From positions 2,240,001 through 2,304,000 of the forward strand of contig OY771506.1 of NCBI GenBank assembly GCA_963674705.1: a stretch of DNA of 64,000 bases, in the 5' to 3' direction. Below are positions 59,136-64,000 of the stretch, in pieces; the stretch's first letter is position 1; every line of letters starts with the position of its first letter. The DNA is from Phycisphaeraceae bacterium. Its GTDB lineage: Bacteria; Planctomycetota; Phycisphaerae; Phycisphaerales; Phycisphaeraceae. Below the pieces are notes generated by a model that saw only the letters and a program-made list of their open reading frames with translations, ran no database searches and had not been told where the DNA came from. The position numbers were made by a program, and so were the translations under genes.

Positions 59136-59960
59136 TCAGGGTTCAGTCTGGTCGGGATTATCGGGCGTCTCAGGTGCCGGGGGGCTCTGATTGGCCCCCG
59201 GAAGCAGTGTCTGGGCCTCTTCCAGGGCATTCTCCTGTCCTGAATCCAACTTGGGCTTTGGGATTTTGATCCGCAGGGTCAATTCCGAGCCGTAGGGGGG
59301 GATCGCCTCTTTATTGATCTGCAGTTGCTGGAAGTCGGTGTCCTGAGTGGTATCGGTCTTGCGGACGATCAAATCATCTCCGAAGTTGACCAGAGATACG
59401 ATCGTGCCTGCCTCGTTGGCCATGTAGTATTCCCTGCCCTGCCATTCACGGAAGTCCGAGCCGGTAAAGAGCCATTTGCATGGTTCGATCGGCTCACCGG
59501 TTTCTTTGTCCAGTACCCAGTCGTAAGCGGGGACTTCCACTTCCTTGCCGTCTTTTTCGTAGACGAAGCTAAGCATGAGCTCGGGGCCGGTCGGCGGATC
59601 GGTGAGGATCTTGTCCTCTACCAGGCGGTTTTTCTGGGGTGAGCCGGGTTCCAGGCCCAGCTTGATCAGTTCCAGGTGGATCAGGCTGGGTTCGATATCG
59701 ATGGTGACGATGGCCTCGTGCTCTCGGCCTTTGGGCCCGGGCGTGGTCGCGACCAGTTCCAGCCATTGCGGTTCAGCAGGGACCATCTTTGCTTTCAGAT
59801 CGATGACGCGGTTTTCGCGATCGACGGTCATGATTTGTTCTGCTTCGTCGACCGGTGCGGATTCGGCATCGTTCACAGCAGGGGGCTCGGCTTGCAGCAC
59901 GCTTGCAACCGCCAGGCATGCGGCAGTGGATGTAAACCATCGTTTCAGTCGTTGGGTCAT
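59136..59960 (-). CDS. YdjY-domain secreted protein
   Basis: Signal peptide; WLELVA...REHEAIV, LGLEPG, WLFTGS, GTIVSLVNF; GGAGG SD. Confidence 0.7.
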   Translation of the reverse strand: MTQRLKRWFTSTAACLAVASVLQAEPPAVNDAESAPVDEAEQIMTVDRENRVIDLKAKMVPAEPQWLELVATTPGPKGREHEAIVTIDIEPSLIHLELIKLGLEPGSPQKNRLVEDKILTDPPTGPELMLSFVYEKDGKEVEVPAYDWVLDKETGEPIEPCKWLFTGSDFREWQGREYYMANEAGTIVSLVNFGDDLIVRKTDTTQDTDFQQLQINKEAIPPYGSELTLRIKIPKPKLDSGQENALEEAQTLLPGANQSPPAPETPDNPDQTEP

Positions 59961-60104
59961 CGGAACCTCCTGCGAGGTATAGTTGGGGGCGCGGGCTTAG
60001 GGTAAACTGACGGTTGACAGAGGGCGGTTACTGACGAACGTCTGACCAGTTGAGATACAATCATACCCGGGCAGTAGTCAGGAGGCAGATCAGTGGGCGA
60101 AGAC

Positions 60105-61151
60105 ATGATTGGCATCGGCTTCATCGGGGCGGGTGGGATCGCCAGGCATCGCCATATCCCTGGATTGAAGGCTGTGCCCGGCGTAAAACTGGTCGCGGTC
60201 TGCAATCGAAGTGAAGTCAGTTCGCGAAAGGCGGCCGCGGAGTTCGGTTTTGCAGAGATAGAGCAGGATTGGCTAGACCTGATCGCACGGGATGATGTGA
60301 ATGCGGTGTTCATCGGGACCTGGCCTTACACGCATTGCGAGATGTCGATCGCTGCGCTCGCGGCGGGAAAGCATGTGTTCTGCCAGGCGCGGATGGCGAT
60401 GAACCTTGCGGAAGCCGAGCAGATGGTGGCCGCCGCACAGGCCAAGCCCGAACTGGTAAACATGTTGTGCCCTCCGCCGCACCGTATGCCGTATGAACCG
60501 TTTGTTCGGACTGCGATCCGCAAAGGGGTGCTGGGTGAACTGCGCGAGGTCGAGGTGGCTTGTCTTGATGCGAGCTGTGACAAACCGGATGTGATTTCCT
60601 GGCGGGAGCGGATCGAGTATTCGGGCAAGCAGGTGATGCAGGTCGGTATCTGGGCGGAATTGCTCAACGCCTGGGTTGGTGAGTACGAGATGCTAAAAGC
60701 GACGTGCCACACACCCGTGCCCTCGAAAACCGGTCCGGATGGCAGGTCCTACACCATCCAGATCCCGCAGGTGGTGCTCATCGAAGGGCGTTTGGTTAAC
60801 GGGGCGTCGATCAATGAACAACATTCCGGTGTCAGCCAGGAACCGCCGATGAATTCGATCACCATCTACGGCTCGGCGGCACGCTTGCGTTACCACATCG
60901 GCGGGCAGTTGCTGTTCGGCAAGACCGGCGAGCCGCTGAAACCCGCGGAGGTGCCCGAACAATTGATGTGTTCCTGGCAGGTGGAATCGAGCTTCATCGC
61001 CGCGGTCCGTGCGGCTCGGGCCGGGGTGCCGCCCCAGCAACGCCGGGTCAGCCCGGATTTTGTGGAGGGTTTGAAGTACATGAAGAAGGTGGAGGCGATT
61101 CATCTGTCGGCCCAGACCGGTCAGGCTGTCAAGGTGTGTGAAGCTGGATGA
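60105..61151 (+). CDS. Gfo/Idh/MocA oxidoreductase
   Basis: IGFIGAGGIA, VAVCNRS, IGTWPYTH, GKHVFCQARMA; start could be GTG 60093. Confidence 0.88.
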   Translation: MIGIGFIGAGGIARHRHIPGLKAVPGVKLVAVCNRSEVSSRKAAAEFGFAEIEQDWLDLIARDDVNAVFIGTWPYTHCEMSIAALAAGKHVFCQARMAMNLAEAEQMVAAAQAKPELVNMLCPPPHRMPYEPFVRTAIRKGVLGELREVEVACLDASCDKPDVISWRERIEYSGKQVMQVGIWAELLNAWVGEYEMLKATCHTPVPSKTGPDGRSYTIQIPQVVLIEGRLVNGASINEQHSGVSQEPPMNSITIYGSAARLRYHIGGQLLFGKTGEPLKPAEVPEQLMCSWQVESSFIAAVRAARAGVPPQQRRVSPDFVEGLKYMKKVEAIHLSAQTGQAVKVCEAG

Positions 61152-61516
61152 GTGAACAGCCATCTTCCGATACAGGCGAGCCGTTGGATGCGGACAAGCT
61201 GACGTGGTCGGTGTTGCTGGGTCGATGGATCGAGTTTGCCCGCGGTGCGTTGGCCTTGCCGGATAACGCACAGGGGCGGGCGTTACGCGATAGCGTGGCT
61301 GACATCATCGCACTCCAGGCGGTATGGTTTGCGTTGCAGCACATCGATGAGCTGGATGCGGATGAAAAAGCGTTGGGTCTGGATCGTGCGGAAGTGTTGA
61401 TCGAACGACACACAGCGTTCATCAACAAGCGGTGGGAAAACCGTGAACTGCCTTCAGAGTTGACATCGCTTATAGCAGATGCGCACGAAGCGATAGCTAA
61501 GTCGCGTTCATCATGA
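61148..61516 (+). CDS. Hypothetical protein
   Basis: 122-aa helical ORF overlapping the upstream stop (ATGA). Confidence 0.65.
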   Translation: MSEQPSSDTGEPLDADKLTWSVLLGRWIEFARGALALPDNAQGRALRDSVADIIALQAVWFALQHIDELDADEKALGLDRAEVLIERHTAFINKRWENRELPSELTSLIADAHEAIAKSRSS

Positions 61517-61597
61517 TCTTTAATTGTTCTAAGTAACATCATGGACTTCGATGTTGACGAATACTGCATAAAAATAAGGTAAAAACGCGAAATAGGC

Positions 61598-61626
61598 CTT
61601 ACATTTTCCTCTGACTTTGTTATATT
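61598..61626 (+). promoter_or_regulatory. sigma70-like promoter
   Basis: CTTACA-N17-TATATT with an extended -10 TG, in an AT-rich tract. Confidence 0.5.
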
Positions 61627-61829
61627 GTTCCGATCATCCCATTTGGTACGGAGGCCATGAATCGGATGCAATCACTTCGGACTTCTTTTTCTTTTAGTGA
61701 ACGGGTTCTGTCGACGAGGCAGTCGGCAGTTGTGGAGGACATCATCGTAAGAGGTTAATTGTTTACTGCGCGTAGTTGCGCAGCGTTTTTATTTATTTGA
61801 TGGGCGCTGATCGTGCCCGACAATCCCAT

Positions 61830-61990
61830 ATAAGAGCCAAGCCCGGATACCGTCTGCTGGAGGGGAGAGCCAGGAGGGAGAGGAATCGTGGCCGGTCCCC
61901 GGGCAAGGATGTGGTGGCAGTGTTGTCACCACGGGACGGGGAGAAAGATACGCACCCCGGTAGAAACCGGCCGGGGTGCTGTTTTTTTTG
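61830..61990 (+). ncRNA. Candidate CsrB/RsmZ-like GGA-rich small RNA
   Basis: 9 GGA trinucleotides in 61845-61942, short hairpins and a plus-strand terminator, with no credible CDS; 5' end uncertain. Confidence 0.45.
61952..61990 (+). terminator. Strong intrinsic terminator on the plus strand
   Basis: gcaccccgg/ccggggtgc stem followed by TGTTTTTTTT. Confidence 0.85.
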
Positions 61991-62063
61991 TACTTGTAGC
62001 GGCCGTGTATTTTGAAACGTCAATCAGCAACGGGGCGCGACTAATGGTTGCGGCCTTGCACGG

Positions 62064-62810
62064 TTATGTGTTTTTGAGGATGTCCAGATAGGCCTTGACG
62101 GTAGCAGTCATTCCGAGTTCAAGCGCATCGGCGATCAGTGCGTGGCCGATGGATACTTCCATGATGTTGGGGATGGTGACGAATCGGCCGAGGTTATACA
62201 GGTTCAGGTCATGTCCCGCATTCATGCCCAGTCCCAGATCGGTGGCGCAGGCGGCCGCCTCAGCAAATTTTTTGTATTCATTTTCCAGAACGTCGCCGCC
62301 TTGCTCATATGCGACGGCGTAGCTCTCCGTGTACAGCTCGATCCGATCGGCGCCGGTCTGAGGAACAAGTTTAATCTGCTGCGGATCCGGGTCCATGAAC
62401 AGGCTGACCCGGCAACCTAGTGACTTCAGTTCATCTACGATCGGTTTGAGACGCTCGAGGTTGGATGCGATGTTCCAGCCGTGGTCCGAAGTGGACTGAT
62501 CCGGTGAATCAGGCACCAGCGTGCATTGGTCGGGCTTCACGTTACGGGCGTGGTTCATGAATTCGCCTAGAAACGGGTTACCTTCGATATTGAATTCCCG
62601 GCCGTGGTATTCCGGTTCGGCCAGGAGTTTGGCGATGTCCCCGACATCGTGATGACGGATATGTCGCTCATCTGGTCTGGGGTGCACCGTGATGCCGGCG
62701 CTACCGGCTTGCAGTGCGAGTCGGGCCGAATGGACGACGTTGGGAGTGTCACCTTGCCGTGCATTACGTAAAAGTGCGACTTTATTGACGTTTACGCTCA
62801 GGAGAGTCAT
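62064..62810 (-). CDS. pdxJ: Pyridoxine 5'-phosphate synthase
   Basis: LSVNVNKVALLRNAR, ITVHPRPDERHIR, QCTLVPD, RIELYT, NAGHDL, EVSIGHALI. Confidence 0.96.
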   Translation of the reverse strand: MTLLSVNVNKVALLRNARQGDTPNVVHSARLALQAGSAGITVHPRPDERHIRHHDVGDIAKLLAEPEYHGREFNIEGNPFLGEFMNHARNVKPDQCTLVPDSPDQSTSDHGWNIASNLERLKPIVDELKSLGCRVSLFMDPDPQQIKLVPQTGADRIELYTESYAVAYEQGGDVLENEYKKFAEAAACATDLGLGMNAGHDLNLYNLGRFVTIPNIMEVSIGHALIADALELGMTATVKAYLDILKNT

Positions 62811-62953
62811 GTATTGATTACCAGTGGACCAAGAATGTAGAAAATAACTGAATTATAAAGGGGGGTGGACTTGTAAACCTGTATTTAAGTCCTGTTATCG
62901 TATCGTGATGGTACGATTGTGTCTCAAACGTTAGAAAATCAGATTGATTTATC

Positions 62954-62982
62954 TTTACTTTTAGTGGGACCCGGGATAGAGT
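62954..62982 (+). promoter_or_regulatory. sigma70-like promoter upstream of the structured RNA
   Basis: TTTACT-N17-TAGAGT preceded by an AT-rich tract. Confidence 0.55.
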
Positions 62983-62988
62983 GATATC

Positions 62989-63222
62989 AGTAGTGTAGAG
63001 GCCGACCGGGATGACCGGCCCCCGTGGTGCGGCTTGCTGATGCGAGCCAAACGGTGAGGTCGACCGGACCGGGCCAGCGAGACGGCCCAACGCAACGAGC
63101 GAAGGGCTGAATGGTGAAGCCGGCCGTGTAGTGCCGAGTGGTTCCTGCCGATAAGGGGTTGCGTCAAGCAACAGGGACCCAACCGACGCTGTGCGGCCGG
63201 TCCTTATTGGCAACGACCCCCT
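62989..63222 (+). ncRNA. Unassigned highly structured RNA candidate
   Basis: GC-rich island in an AT-rich spacer; several G-U-containing stems and a likely pseudoknot; promoter directly upstream. Confidence 0.55.
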
Positions 63223-63327
63223 TCAATCAATCATCCCGATCTATGCGATACAAGTACGGGTGCGATTTGTTGAACGTTGTAGTAACTGATTCGAGGTAAA
63301 ACGTTTCTGGCAGATCAGGGCGAAGTT

Positions 63328-63729
63328 ATGACCATCATTTGGAAACAGGGATATACCACGGGTTCACCGGAGTTGGATCAGCAGCACCGGGAAATGTTCG
63401 ACATGCTCAACAAGCTGGAGGACATGATTGCTCAGGGGGTCTATGAAGGGCCGAAGGTCGACGCACACCTCAAATCATTGGGCACGTATGTCACGCGTCA
63501 CTTCAGCGACGAAGAGTGCTGCATGGAAAAAGCGCAATGCCCGATGGCCCAAAAGAACAAGCAAGAGCACGAACAGTTCCTTAACAAGTATGTTGAATTA
63601 ACTTCAAAATTCAGCAAGCATCGATCATTACAATCGCTCAAAGAAGTCCATAGCTGGGCGGAATCCTGGACCCATGAGCATATTGCCTTTCTCGACATTC
63701 ATCTGAGAACGTGTATCAACCGGGGATGA
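63328..63729 (+). CDS. Single-domain bacteriohemerythrin
   Basis: W...YTTG..ELDQQH, HFSDEECCM, KQEHEQF, HEHIAFLD; one of the His ligand positions appears to be Asn (QKNKQEH). Confidence 0.85.
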   Translation: MTIIWKQGYTTGSPELDQQHREMFDMLNKLEDMIAQGVYEGPKVDAHLKSLGTYVTRHFSDEECCMEKAQCPMAQKNKQEHEQFLNKYVELTSKFSKHRSLQSLKEVHSWAESWTHEHIAFLDIHLRTCINRG

Positions 63730-63918
63730 GGGTAATCCCTCGCATTTGGATGAAGTCGGCTAGCCAGAACCACGATATAGGTTAGGGTCATCGGACGGTT
63801 GGCGTCCGATAGTACGTGATGGCTGTACGCCTTGCGTTGCGTGCCGCTTGGGTACTTCTACTACTTTGTACATGGTGAATTGGGCCAATCGTATACGGAC
63901 CTGTGCAAGGGGTAGCTG

Positions 63919-64000
63919 ATGTCTGTGCTGGATAGTTACAGATTAAATTCGCTTGGCAGGTTCATCGTGCGCTGGCGCGCGGCATTGCTGGTCGCATTGC
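63919..64000 (+). CDS. Start of a possible membrane protein (truncated by the window edge)
   Basis: AAGGGG SD, then MSVLDSYRLNSLGRFIVRWRAALLVAL... Confidence 0.35.
   Translation, partial: MSVLDSYRLNSLGRFIVRWRAALLVAL

Noticed and set aside
61776..62091. Short ORFs (79, 76 and 67 aa) in the pdxJ downstream spacer
   Set aside because: They run through a strong intrinsic terminator and lack SD or motifs
63119..63202. SRP RNA (ffs) assignment from AGG-N10-AGCA spacing
   Set aside because: No GNRA/URRC tetraloop stem, flanking helix 8 pairs do not form, and a competing gttgc/gcaac hairpin is better
62818..63213. Minus-strand ORFs of 131 and 73 aa
   Set aside because: Low-complexity Pro/Arg/Ser composition; the region is better explained as a plus-strand structured RNA

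Overview
GC-rich bacterial chromosome segment, most likely from a Planctomycetota member (Phycisphaerae-like). This is inferred from gene content, the dispersed ftsW/murG and a CxxC..CPECG membrane protein. Housekeeping genes are ftsW, dxs, ispA, murG, purE, trpG/pabA, leuS, dnaB, scpA, kdsD, kdsC, carB and pdxJ. A sigma54-driven flagellar cluster (flgF-flgG-flgA-flgH-flgI-flgJ-flgN-flgK-flgL-fliW-csrA-flagellin) is followed by a TPR-sulfotransferase. There are also several ABC/MFS transporters, a GntR-ABC operon, a porin and a hemerythrin. No rRNA, tRNA, CRISPR array, transposase or integrase was recognised. Most notable non-routine signals: (1) a ~230-nt highly structured, pseudoknotted candidate ncRNA with its own sigma70-like promoter at ~62990-63222 that I cannot assign to a known family; (2) a GGA-dense, terminator-ended candidate CsrA-sponge sRNA at ~61830-61990 in a FliW-type CsrA organism, with GGA-loop hairpins in the fliW, csrA and flagellin leaders; (3) a recurring family of nested inverted repeats built from 7-, 9- and 10-bp tandem units that sit at stop codons, bracket small orphan genes, and in one case appear in frame inside carB; (4) an Ala-starting class 3 (WCT) LAGLIDADG intein in the DnaB P-loop. 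All RNA and mobile-element interpretations are from visual inspection only and need computational confirmation.
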